From an uncultured Chlamydiales bacterium (GTDB lineage Bacteria > Chlamydiota > Chlamydiia > Chlamydiales > JAAKFR01), in contig OY969414.1 in assembly GCA_963699155.1 (NCBI GenBank), forward strand, positions 1,163,757-1,227,756: DNA of 64,000 bases, read 5' to 3'. The translations under genes and the position numbers were made by a program. The notes beneath the pieces are model-generated. The model saw only the letters and a list, made by a program, of their open reading frames with translations. It ran no database searches and was not told where the DNA came from. Shown here one piece after another: positions 41,401 through 52,655 of this stretch (position 1 is its first letter; every line of letters begins with the position of its first letter).

Positions 41401-43863
41401 ATGGGATCAAATTGGCCAGCCCAGGATCAAATCGAAGTCCGATACGAAGGATGATTTAAAATCCCTACCCTTGCGGAGGTGGAGAAAAAATTGGGTTCTT
41501 CGCCGGAGGGCCTTAGCGAGGCCGAGGCGCAGAAACGACTGACCCAATATGGACCTAACGAGATTGAAGAAAAGAAAACCAATTCCGTTCCTGAAATTCC
41601 TCTCCTATTTTTGGGGTCCCATCCCGTGGATGATTGAAGTAGCCGTGATTTTATCTGGAGTGGTTCGACACTGGCCCGATTTTTTCATTATCCTCATTTT
41701 GCTTTTTGCTAATGCCGTAGTCGGATTCTGGGAAGAACACAAAGCGGCCAATGCCATTGCTGCTCTGAAGGCCCAGCTTGCGATCAAGGCCCGGGTGAAA
41801 CGCGATGGGAAGTGGATTACTCCCGCGGCGCGTGAGTTGGTTCCAGGTGATCTCATCCGATTGCGGCATGGGCGACATTGTTCCGGCGGATGCGCGGCTC
41901 CTGGATGGAGATCCGGTAGAGGTGGATCAATCTGCGCTGACGGGAGAATCATTGCCCGTCGAGAAGAAATCTGGCGAGGCGGTATTTTCAGGATCGATCG
42001 TCCGCCAGGGTGAAATCGGCGCATTGGTCTATGCTACTGGAACGAATACTTACTTCGGTAAGACGGCGCAGCTGGTACAGGAAGCACATACCGTCAGCCA
42101 TTTTCAAAAGGCCGTTTTGAAGATCGGCAATTACCTGATCATTCTTGCGGCTGTTATGGTGGCGGTAATTATTACCGTAGCGATCTTCCGCGGCGATCCG
42201 ATTCTCACCACACTGCAATTTGCCCTTGTACTGACCGTGGCCGCTATTCCTGTGGCAATGCCGACGGTTTTATCGGTGACGATGGCAGTCGGTGCGCGCC
42301 TCCTTGCCAAAGAAACAGGCGATTGTGAGCAAGTTAGTGGCTATTGAGGAATTGGCAGGCGTGGATATCCTATGCGCGGACAAGACTGGCACCTTGACCC
42401 AAAACAAGCTGACGCTGGGCGATCCATTCAGCGTGAACAATATTCCAGCCGAACAAGTGATTCTCAATGCTGCGCTGGCATCGCGCGCGGACAATAACGA
42501 TACCATTGATCTGGCTGTTCTTGGTGGCCTGAAAAACAAAGATGCGTTGAAAGACTATCAGGTGATCCATTTTCAACCATTCGATCCAGTGCATAAACGC
42601 ACCGAAGCCACAGTCAAGAGTGCAGATGGAAAACAGTTCAAAGTGACGAAGGGCGCACCTCAGGTGATTTTGGCATTGTCGGCCAATGCTGGACAGGTGA
42701 AGGATGCTGTCGAGAAAGCTAGTAGACGAATTCGCTGCACGTGGCTTTCGTTCGCTTGGCGTAGCGCGGGCCGATGGAGATGGCGGGTGGCAGTTTATCG
42801 GTGTGTTGCCCCTGTTCGATCCACCACGAGAAGATGCCAAAGCAACGATTGCGACCGCAGGGCAAATGGGCGTAAAGATCAAGATGGTTACGGGCGATCA
42901 ACTGGCCATTGCCAAGGAAACTGCCAAAAAATTAGGCATGGGTACAAATATCCTTGATGCCGCAGTCTTTAGGCGACTCAAAGCAGTCAGGAGACCGCAG
43001 AGACTGCTGAATCCATCGAGAAGGCCGACGGTTTTGCTCAAGTGTTCCCGGAACATAAGTTCCACATTGTGGATGTCCTGCAAAAACGGGGCCATATGGT
43101 TGGCATGACAGGAGATGGGGTAAATGATGCCCCTGCTCTGAAGAAAGCCGACTGCGGCATTGCCGTTTCTGGTGCGACAGATGCAGCGCGTGCAGCAGCC
43201 TCCATCGTGCTGATGAAGCCCGGCCTATCGGTAATCATCGATGCCATCAAGGAGAGCCGGAAAATATTCCAGCGGATGAATAGCTACGCGATCTACCGTA
43301 TTGCCGAGACATTGCGCGTACTGCTTTTCATGACAGCAGCGATCCTGATCTTTAACTTTTATCCCTTGACAGCCGTGATGATCGTGATGCTGGCGTTGCT
43401 CAATGACGGCGCTATCCTGTCTATTGCCTATGACAACGTTCATTACAAGGATCAGCCTGAAGCCTGGAATATGCGTATGGTACTGGGGATTGCCACCGTG
43501 CTGGGCATCATCGGCCCCGTGGCTGCATTCGGTTTGTTCTATCTTGGGCGACGTGTTTTTCACCTCGACCATAAGCATCTCCAGCCGATGATGTATCTGA
43601 TGCTTTCCGTTGCCGGGCATCTGACAATTTTCCTTACCCGCACGCGCGGTCCTTTCTGGTCTATACGCCCTGCGCGGATTTTATGGATGGCCGTATTCGG
43701 CACACAAATCATGGCAACATTCATCGCAGTCTACGGATTTCTTATGCCACCACTTGGCTGGAAATGGGCCGGATTTGTATGGGGATATGCACTGATATGG
43801 GCCTTCTTGAGTGACCGCGTGAAATTGCTCGCGTATCGGATTTTTGATCCAATTAAAATCTAA
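41401..43863 (+). pseudogene. P-type (IIIA) plasma-membrane proton-efflux ATPase, multiple frameshifts
   Basis: LTGES, IPVAMP, DKTGT, KGAP, DPPR, TGDGVNDAPALK. Confidence 0.88.
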
Positions 43864-43873
43864 AAAACCATCC

Positions 43874-44000
43874 GATTTGACACCGCAGATCGCCAAGCGT
43901 GCGTATGAACTATACGAGCAACGGGGCCGTCAAGATGGAGAGAGCGGTTCAAGATTGGCTCCAGGCGGAACATGAAATACAGAAAGATAAATCACATAAA
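43874..44000 (+). pseudogene. DUF2934-like small domain, probably the original ATPase C-terminus
   Basis: QIAKRAYELYEQRGRQDG, then DWLQAE in a shifted frame. Confidence 0.6.
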
Positions 44001-44103
44001 GAGAAATTGCCAAAATGACTCCAGACTCCAACTCATTTGATTCAAGCATTGGCATATCATTTGCTGGAACAAGCGTAATAACATTTATTATTGACGGCAT
44101 ACC

Positions 44104-44268
44104 ATGCTTTGGTGGTCTGTATTTTTTTTGATTGCCGCAATCGTGGCAGCAATTTTTGCCTTTGGAGAGATTCTCGTTGGCGCAAAATCAATTGCCAGAT
44201 TTTTTTTCTGGGCTTTTCTGGCTCTGTTCTTTGTCAGTATAATTTTCTATACCTACACCCTGCCTTAA
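44104..44268 (+). CDS. DUF1328/UPF0391-like small membrane protein (54 aa)
   Basis: MLWWSVFFLIAAIVAAIFAFGEILVGAKSIARFFFWAFLALFFVS. Confidence 0.7.
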   Translation: MLWWSVFFLIAAIVAAIFAFGEILVGAKSIARFFFWAFLALFFVSIIFYTYTLP

Positions 44269-44360
44269 GTTGTGTTTGTTTAAGGAATAGTAAATGAAAA
44301 TTTTTGTAAGAGAAACATCATCTGAAAGTTTCTCAAGGTAAAAGAAAGAATCTGCCATTG

Positions 44361-46145
44361 TTAGTGAGTGTGTTCGAATTTGTGTTCTTCAAACTGAAGT
44401 AAAGAAAGTAATAGCAATACTTGAAAAAGTCTATTCACAATAGACTCTGTTATTTCTTCTAATTCAATAAGACCATGGCAAACATTATTGCGTATGTTCC
44501 AGCCCAAGGGGCTAGTTAATAATAACTTGAAATAGGTAAGAAGGTTATCGTCAAAAGCATTTTTAAGTTCATCTTTTTCAAGGATAGCACCCAAAGTCAA
44601 AAGTTGAAAACCTCCATTCTGATCTAACCTGTAAGTTACTCACCCTGCAATTCCACAAGAGTTGGCAGTATGTGCTCGATTTGAGGAATCAGTATGTAAG
44701 CAGCAGAAAAAAAATCCTTGTTTAAGAAAAAATTCAAACCCTTTGCTAGCGCATTTTTCCTCTTAGAAATTTGAGAAATACGAAATAACTTTTTTGAAAA
44801 AAAATGATCTATAAGATCATCAACATGAACATTAAATGTTGATATGACATTTTTAAGAATGTCGTTCAAAAATACGGTCAATATTGCTATGTCCTGCGAC
44901 ATTTGCAACAGAACATGGCTATCTAAATCCTCAGCAATAGGCTTCACTCTTGCTAAAGTTCGGCCTTGTTTATCCTGCTTATTAATGCCAATAAGAAACG
45001 TCAATGGGTATTGCTTAAACAGCTCCTGAACGGTGTGCGCAGCTTGCTCTTTTTTGAGGAAGGAAACTTATAGCCATTGTCTCAAGGGCACTTGATAAAG
45101 ACCCCTTCACAAACTCCTCTGCATATTTTTGATATTCTGCAGCAGAAATAGTTGTTTTTGCCTCTACGATATGCAAATCTTCAGGAGGTAATTCTTGGAT
45201 AGCTCTCAAAATTTTCTGTTTGAAAGATTTACCTAAACCAAATCTTTGGAAAATATGCAAAGCTTCTCTCAGCCAAGCCTCCGCAACCATCGGTGATACT
45301 TTTTTTGCAGCAACTAATACTTCTTCTCCATATACGGATAAAACTTCTTCAATTTGCTGAGGTTGTCGAGGGATATGCTTATTTAAATAATAGTCGGCGA
45401 GCCTTTCGGCCGCTTGATGCAATCCAAAGATATTATTACTAGCGCTTTTCAAGCGCACAAATCTTTCTTTTAGTCGTTCAATAATAAGGTTAGTTTGTTC
45501 TGTGGAAAGTAATTTTGACACTTTTTTATCATCTACTAAAAGATCATAACTAAATCCCCAAGTTCCAAGTTGTTGATCTACAGCATACAAAGACTCAAAG
45601 TCGATGATTTTGTTGATCAAGGCTGTGATTCTTTGTATATCAGAGATTTGCATGGCAATATTTAAGCCTCTCGCAAGAGCAATCTTTCCTTCTACGGCGG
45701 GGAATTTAAAAGGTATAGCTCTTGAGCAAAGGGCAATTGTCTGATCGACTGCTTCTTGTGCAAATTTTACATCTGCTCCAGAGCCTGTGACTGATTTGGT
45801 GAGATCCCAAACTAAGTCAGAATATCTTAACCGTAGGGCAGGGTGTTGAGCATACTTGCATCGATCTTGCCAATATTCGAGAACCTCAGGTGTCAGAACC
45901 GAAATGGATGGATTTTCAAAAACGGAGCCATCATCATGTTTGCACCTGAAGTACGGACCATAGTAGTTATTTATACCCGCATTTTTGGCAAACAAAAATG
46001 CCAATGATTCAGCGCGGAATGCAAATTCCTCGTTGATTTTAGGTTGTTGTTCTGCTAACTGACGAAGTCTATCAGATATTTCAGCTTCACTGAATGGATC
46101 TGTTTTGGATTCATAATCCAAAAATATTGATTCTACACTTTTCAT
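44361..46145 (-). pseudogene. DUF4209-like protein with C-terminal HEPN motif, frameshifted
   Basis: ILIPQIE and GWNIRNNVCHG (RxxxxH); split into three ORFs. Confidence 0.7.
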
Positions 46146-46149
46146 AATT

Positions 46150-47271
46150 TTAGAAATGATCCCTATCTGAAGCATCCTCAGTTCTATGTTCTGTTAGTTT
46201 TGCTTCAATTTCAGCTGCGGTGGGTAATGTGCCCTCGAGTTCTTTAGGAAGGGTATCTAAAATGGTCACTTCATATTCAGAAACACCCATGGGCATTGTA
46301 CTTCGTTCTAAAGAGTATTCAACTTTTAAATCATTCTTTGTGCGGCAAATAATCATCCCTATCGATGGGTTATCTGAGGGATGTTTGATTTGTCGATCCA
46401 CTGCAGCGAGGTAAAAATTCAATTTCCCTGCATATTCTGGTTTGAAGTCAGTCGTTTTTAATTCTACTACACAAAAGCAGCGTAGCTTGATGTGGTAGAA
46501 AAGCATGTCTAAATAATAGTCATCTCCTGCGATCTCGATGTGATACTGTCTGCCAATGAAAGCGAATCCCTGTCCTAGTTCTAAAATCAACTTTTCTAAA
46601 TTATCGATAAGCCCACGCTCAAGTTCTTTTTCAACATAATCATTGGTGAGAGACAAAAACCCAAAATTATAGGGACTTTTTAAAATATCAATAGCTAAAC
46701 GAGAGTGGGGATCGGGTAGGCATGTCTTAAAGTTTGTAACGGCTTTTCCCTGTCTTTTGTAAAGATTTGATTTAATAGCCTCTTCTAATGCTCTTCCACT
46801 CCATCCCTTTTGCAGTACCTGATGGGCATACCAATTTCGAGTATCTGGATCCTTTAACTTCTCTATTAGCAGGATGTTATGCCACCATGGAATTTGTGCA
46901 AGCAGTGTCTGCACAAATTGCGGATCAGGGTAAATTTCGGCAAACTTGCGCATGTATTTTAAATTTCTAACTGAGAATCCAGAAATTCCCGGAAACTCGG
47001 TAGCTAAATCTTTAGCCATCCGGTCAATTATTTTTGCACCCCATCCCTCTTTATTCTGCTTTTCAAGAATAGATTTACCAATCGACCAATAGAGTTTTAC
47101 TAACTCGCTATTGACAGATAGGCTAGCACGCAATTGGGCTTCTAGGATTTTTTTCTTAATCTCTTCAAAAAAATCTTTGTAATTGATTGGGAGAAGTTGT
47201 GAAGAATTGGGCTCAGCAAAAAGATTTGTTGTCATAATATAATGGGTTTGTAAATCGAGGAATTTTTCCAT
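46150..47271 (-). CDS. YhcG/DUF1016 PD-(D/E)XK nuclease-domain protein
   Basis: LYWSIG, GFSVRNL, ELGQGFAFIGRQY, VVELK, GKLNFYL. Confidence 0.9.
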   Translation of the reverse strand: MEKFLDLQTHYIMTTNLFAEPNSSQLLPINYKDFFEEIKKKILEAQLRASLSVNSELVKLYWSIGKSILEKQNKEGWGAKIIDRMAKDLATEFPGISGFSVRNLKYMRKFAEIYPDPQFVQTLLAQIPWWHNILLIEKLKDPDTRNWYAHQVLQKGWSGRALEEAIKSNLYKRQGKAVTNFKTCLPDPHSRLAIDILKSPYNFGFLSLTNDYVEKELERGLIDNLEKLILELGQGFAFIGRQYHIEIAGDDYYLDMLFYHIKLRCFCVVELKTTDFKPEYAGKLNFYLAAVDRQIKHPSDNPSIGMIICRTKNDLKVEYSLERSTMPMGVSEYEVTILDTLPKELEGTLPTAAEIEAKLTEHRTEDASDRDHF

Positions 47272-47344
47272 ACCGATCGAGAGAAGTCAATATTTTCATG
47301 TGGAGTATCTGATAACGCATGTATTATTTAAGATGGATGCAGTC

Positions 47345-48880
47345 TTAAAAATTTCTGTATTGGTAAGGAGCTAACGGAGACATGAAGTTATCATAGGCTG
47401 CCCTGCCTTTTTTGCGTTGAGCTTCTTCATCAGCATGATTTTTTGCATTCGCTGCTCGTAAGCTGAGAGCAAGATAGCGAAAAGCATCCGCACCATCGCT
47501 AGAAAAGTCATGGACAGGTTTATCACTCCAGCATCCATGCCGTTCATTCCATTCTTTTTTGTAATTTTCAAGTGCTCGAATCCCTTTTTCACATTTTGCT
47601 TCGTCAAACCAGCAACGGTTGAAAATGGCTCGCACAGCATCGATGCCTTCTTGGAGACTCAATTTAGGAACGGGAGTCAAAGTAATGCCATGGTTGCGTG
47701 CGATTTGGATGCGATTAAGGCCACTTCCATATTCATGATTATTAGCATCGTGAGGAACGAAGTATTTCTGCGTAAAATAAGGCTTATCTTTTAAAATTTT
47801 AAGATAATGTGTCAGTGGCTCTCCCGACATTTCATAGTAATCTATCAAATGCACTTCCTGTCCTAGAATTTGATACCACCAGATCGCTGTTGAATCGTTA
47901 AATCCTAAATCCATGGAGACAAAGGCAGGTACTGTTTCGTCGTAGACAACTCGTCCAATTCGTTTTTCAGCTCTGGCTTTTGCAATATATTTGCCATAAT
48001 ACAAACCCTCTGTGGAAGCCTGGAAAGCTTCATCTGGGGTGCTTGGATATTCTCGCTTCATATCCTCATGCTGTGTGACGTATTTTTTGGCATACCAGCT
48101 CATTTGAGAGGGGTGCAGGGTGATTTTGTGTACTTCATGTAACTCCTTGAAGTACTCAAATAAGTCGGGAGGAATAGTCACTGCGTTCTCAATCCAATAC
48201 TCCCTATTCCTGAACCAAGGGAAAAAGAAAAATTTGAAATCCAGCGGGGTTAATTCTATTTCAGAGTCTTTTAAAGCTTGCGCTCTCTTACACATTTCAT
48301 AAAAATAACCCTCCCTCCCTTCGGCTGTCGATTCGATGAAGCAATACTGACCAGATGCTAACGTATTCAATGAGCCCGTGACGATTTCTCGTGCTTTATC
48401 AGGAAATTTAGCGCATATCTTCCCAAATTCCGAAATGTGCAAATATTGAAATGTGCTCGATCTCAAAGACATACCCACTCTCAATGAAGAGCCATTGGAA
48501 AATTGGATCATCTGGGCGGTGTCCATGTTTGATTGACGCAGTGCTTTCAGTTCTTCAGGCAGATTGTCATATGCAAATTTTGCACGGCGAAACAGCTGCT
48601 GAGCATCTTCGAGGGTATGTGCAATGATCCCTGCTGAAACGTTGGAGTTGAATAAGCAACGATCGAGGAACAGAAGGCAAATGAACGTTGAAATGCCCAA
48701 CTGTCTGGCTTTAAGAATGAGATTACAATGGTGGATCCCATTATACAGCTCTTCCTGTGCCCAATTCATTTGAAATCGAACTTTATTGCCTTGCTTATCA
48801 ATGATGTAGTAGAGATTGTTGAGTCTCCATCTTGGATTTGCAAGGAGCATCTGAGCAACGTCGATTTCTTCAGTTTTCAT
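47345..48880 (-). CDS. terL: Terminase large subunit
   Basis: ILKARQLGIST, LHISE, IESTAEG, DLGFND, SDGADAFRY. Confidence 0.85.
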   Translation of the reverse strand: MKTEEIDVAQMLLANPRWRLNNLYYIIDKQGNKVRFQMNWAQEELYNGIHHCNLILKARQLGISTFICLLFLDRCLFNSNVSAGIIAHTLEDAQQLFRRAKFAYDNLPEELKALRQSNMDTAQMIQFSNGSSLRVGMSLRSSTFQYLHISEFGKICAKFPDKAREIVTGSLNTLASGQYCFIESTAEGREGYFYEMCKRAQALKDSEIELTPLDFKFFFFPWFRNREYWIENAVTIPPDLFEYFKELHEVHKITLHPSQMSWYAKKYVTQHEDMKREYPSTPDEAFQASTEGLYYGKYIAKARAEKRIGRVVYDETVPAFVSMDLGFNDSTAIWWYQILGQEVHLIDYYEMSGEPLTHYLKILKDKPYFTQKYFVPHDANNHEYGSGLNRIQIARNHGITLTPVPKLSLQEGIDAVRAIFNRCWFDEAKCEKGIRALENYKKEWNERHGCWSDKPVHDFSSDGADAFRYLALSLRAANAKNHADEEAQRKKGRAAYDNFMSPLAPYQYRNF

Positions 48881-49307
48881 GGTTAAGAAGCTCTTTTGAG
48901 GCACCATCGATACGATTTAGAACAAAGGCAAGAGGATTGCCAGTATCGCCTGAAACCTGCTGACGATCGGTCCAACCACAAGTATTTGCTAAAACTAGCT
49001 TCGTGATACTTGCGTTATAGAGATTCAGCAAACCCCCTTTGATTAGCTTCGATTGCTGCCAATGTTGAGCCCGCCTATACACTCCAGAAAACTTTTCATT
49101 TTCTTTAGCCCATATTGCAAGTAGGTCGGGATCATAGCTTCGTTCCAGAGCAAAATCTTTAAACCAGACGCTATCGGGTCGCTGCATCCATTCCTCAAAT
49201 GCAGTGGCTTCGTCTTCGATAAACTGTGCAGTGTACATTTTAGGACGACCCCCATTTTCACTGCCTGGATATGCGGTATGACCTTTTGGAGCTGGCATGT
49301 TGCCCAT
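48870..49307 (-). CDS. terS: Terminase small subunit-like protein
   Basis: MPAPKGH..GGRPKMYT N-terminus; overlaps the terL start. Confidence 0.75.
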   Translation of the reverse strand: MGNMPAPKGHTAYPGSENGGRPKMYTAQFIEDEATAFEEWMQRPDSVWFKDFALERSYDPDLLAIWAKENEKFSGVYRRAQHWQQSKLIKGGLLNLYNASITKLVLANTCGWTDRQQVSGDTGNPLAFVLNRIDGASKELLNHEN

Positions 49308-49410
49308 ATGTAAAAATTGCTTTGATTTAATTTTTTTATATCACAATTTTCTTATTTTTTCAAAAAAAACTAGCGCGGATGTGATTGATTTTTAAATATT
49401 TTAATGAATT

Positions 49411-50403
49411 TTATTTAAGTATTTCTAAAACCCATTCTCTAATGTCCAATCCTTGTTGAATGGCCTCACCGATGTCTTTTCCCACAGGGGTAGGACATGC
49501 TTCTGATGCAGGATATAGTTTTTGCCATTTGGTAAGCATAGCAATGCCACCCTCATCATTGTCGTGACATATCAACACTTTTCTTCTTTTCGCCCAGTAA
49601 TCTGTCACAATATCTGGATTTTTTGTATTGCTACCAACAGCCACAACAAAAAGCAAGTCGCTACAAACATGATGCAGAGCCAAGGCGTCAAATTCACTTT
49701 CCACAATCATCATGATCGGCTTCTGAGTATTTCCAACGATGTTTAAGCCATTCATAGATCCTGGCATCGCCCAATACTTGGGAAATTTTGCATCTTTATA
49801 CCATCCTTCTCTTCGGATTTTGATACGAATAACCTGCCCTGAAGGCTCTGTAGTTGGAATGACAATTCCTATCGGGATTTTTATTTCTGGCTTATCATCT
49901 ATTTCAAACTCTGAGCCAGATAATGTGATCTTACGGTCACAAAATCCTATGCCATAATTTTTAATGGCTTCTTCAGGAATACCCCTTTTAGTTAACCATT
50001 GTATTTGTGCAGGATGATTCCAAATCATTTTATGAGCCCATGCTACGCAATCATTAGCTCTTTTTAGCCATTTTTCACTCGGTGCATGCAGAATCGGAGT
50101 CACAAATGTTTTGTTGTCGACAGTTGAGAAGAGTGACCTTCTGTGCGAAATATTTAATTTTTTCGCTATCTCTTTAAATGGCACACTCAAAAAGTCTACA
50201 TAAAATTGAATTGTGTCACCCCTTACCTGGCACTGTCGACATTTATAATATCCAATGCAATTTTTCATTTGTCTGTTAGGCTGGATATAACATCTATCAT
50301 GACCTCCGCATGCAGGGCAGGATCAATGATATTCTCCTCCATGAGTAGCTGATACCCTTTTTGGATCTAACCCAATCTCTCTAAATAACTGTAGCAAGTC
50401 CAT
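49411..50403 (-). pseudogene. Zn-finger + Toprim primase with in-frame TGA at 50323-50325
   Basis: GGEYH*SCPACGGHDR..CRQC; VESEFDA, HDNDEGG, GKDIGE. Confidence 0.8.
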
Positions 50404-50457
50404 AATTCCTCTAACTCGTTATCTATAAAGTCTTTAGCAAAATGAATTATGAAAATC

Positions 50458-50631
50458 ATGACAAAATGACACAATTTTCTATCTTGTTATCTGCATATTT
50501 TTCTAATTTAGCTTGAATTGATGCGAGAATGGTGAATATTGTGTCATTTGTGTCATTAAAAGATTTAACAATCTTATTATCAGTTGTTAATAAAATGACA
50601 AAATTGTGACAGCTGTATGACGGAAGTGACG
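50458..50631. other. Cluster of RTGAC repeats in both orientations, candidate replication origin
   Basis: ATGACA/GTGACA/ATGACG/GTGACG and inverted TGTCAT repeats in the AT-rich gap between helicase and primase genes. Confidence 0.45.
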
Positions 50632-50652
50632 AATACAATGCTGAACCCCCGC

Positions 50653-52328
50653 TCACTTTTGGTACCCCATAGCATCGTTTTCATCATTGAGAAGTTTGAT
50701 CCCTTTCCATAATCGATACTGACCTGTCCTTCCATCAACCTCTTCTCCAAATTTATGAATCAAATAATTCGCCATTTCATTTTTGTTGGGCTTAGCATAA
50801 CCGTTAGAATCGCAAAACTTTTCCAGTGCTTGACGCATTTTGTTTTTTTGTGTGGAAAAAGCTGCATCCAAAATGCATTTTTCGTCTAAGAAATGTCCAA
50901 TTACATCATTTTCTTTTCGGTAGTTTTCTGTTTCCTGAAGGACAATGCTTGGGATTAAAAGACCGTCTGTTTGATATTTAATACATCCAAGAATTGCCAA
51001 GCGAGAATGCTTTCAGTTTCCTTGAATAACTTTTCTTTAAATCCAGGATCTAACAACCGCTCGTGAGGGTCTTTTGGTTCTGCGACAAAGTGCGCATTGA
51101 ATGGAATTAAATAGGTTCTAGACCAGAGAGCCTGGTCATCGGCAGGTGCCTCAGGCTTATAATTTGTTTGGATGAACATTGTATGCGATGGCTTTATTGC
51201 AAGGTCAACATTGGAATAGAGGCGCCTACAGGGGATCGTGTCTCTTCCACTATAGTTTTTCACTTTGGCTGCATCGATTGTCTTACCCTTATTAATTTCA
51301 GAAAATATTGCAAAGCGGACACCTTGAAGGTTTGCAAGTTCTGGACTTGGACTATTTGAATTCTGAGTATTTTTTTGTAATAAAAGCATTTCAGAAGGAA
51401 AAGTTCTGGCTAATTTTCCCAATACTCTCTCCAAGGCTTGTAGCAAGGTTCCTTTTCCATTGCGGCCTTGTGCTCCATAAAGAAAGAAAACTTTTTCTTC
51501 TTTTGCATCACCAAGAAGAGCTGATCCAAGACAACAGGCTAAAAAGTCCATCAACTCCTCATCTTCGAGTGTAATATCTTGGATGAATTTATCGAATAAT
51601 GCGCTATTAGCAATTGGAATATAAGGAGTTGGACACACCGTGCGCAGGTATCTTGCTGGTAGGTGAGGTAAAATGTCACCTGTTTTTAAATCAACAAGAC
51701 CATTACTGCAGGGAAGAAATCCTGGACAATGATCCCAAGTGCCTTTGAAAGAGACTTCTGTGCTAATGAATGTAAAAACAGCACTATAACGTTTAGCAGT
51801 ACGCAAAGTAGATGCTCTTTTTTTAATAGCATTTATAGTGTTTGCTTCATTTACATAAGAGGCAGCCCATTCATATAACTTTTCAACCTCTTTCATGTCT
51901 TGGTAACGTTGTCGAGCGAAATCTATTTCCCAATGAGTGCCATTCCAAACATAAAATGCTCCATTTTTCCCTTCAGAGCTGTCAAAAACATATTTATCCT
52001 TATGCAGATAAATAAATAATTCGGCATCTCCTCGTTCATTTCTATCTAGAGCATCCAAGACCATTTGGAGCTTCTTATCATTTGCGTTCTCTTCTTCAAG
52101 TCGAGCCGCGTTTGCTTGTATTTCAAGAATCCTGCTCATCTCAGAAGCATTTGTAAAGAGTTCAGGATTAGTTTTTAAGATTTCTTTTAGAGAACTACCA
52201 AGAGAAAAGGCTTGAGCTTCTAATAAAGAATTTTTCTCATTCCTAAGATCCTTTCTTTCGATTAGAAGCTTTTCTATTGATTCTCTTCCGGATTTATTAT
52301 TAACGAATTTGTTATTAACTGTTTGCAT
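50653..52328 (-). pseudogene. P4/D5-family SF3 helicase-primase, frameshift near 50.99 kb
   Basis: WNGTHW, NGLVDLKTG, GRNGKGT, LQGVRF, QTNYKP, ALWSR. Confidence 0.85.
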
Positions 52329-52359
52329 TTATTAAACACTTGTTGAGCAGCGCTTTCAA

Positions 52360-52560
52360 TTATCTCTTTTTTCCTTGGCAATCAATCCATTCATCAAAAA
52401 GATCGATTCTGAGAAGTAAGCGCTTGCCGATTCTCCTAACTGCCTTTTCAAGGCCATTTTTGTGGCGCTTATGCAACAAGTGTCGCAATTGACCTTCAGT
52501 GAATGGATATCGTTCGCTACTAACGATTTGTTCAGGGTACCAAAATTCATAGCTGGACAT
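52360..52560 (-). CDS. Excisionase/AlpA-like DNA-binding protein
   Basis: 66-aa basic protein ending RRIGKRLLL..FDEWI; AGGAG RBS. Confidence 0.7.
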   Translation of the reverse strand: MSSYEFWYPEQIVSSERYPFTEGQLRHLLHKRHKNGLEKAVRRIGKRLLLRIDLFDEWIDCQGKKR

Positions 52561-52655
52561 AGATTCTCCTATTTTTGAATATGTCCTAATAATAGCCGAT
52601 GTTTTTGGTAGAGTCGATTAAAGCCGTGGGAGTACGACCAACACTTTTTGGCAGT

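Noticed and set aside
30564..50325. TGA recoding suggested by in-frame TGAs in the HNH and primase genes
   Set aside because: TGA ends many intact genes in this window and Trp uses TGG. In-frame TAA and TAG also occur (IS orfB, fba), so ordinary nonsense changes explain them.
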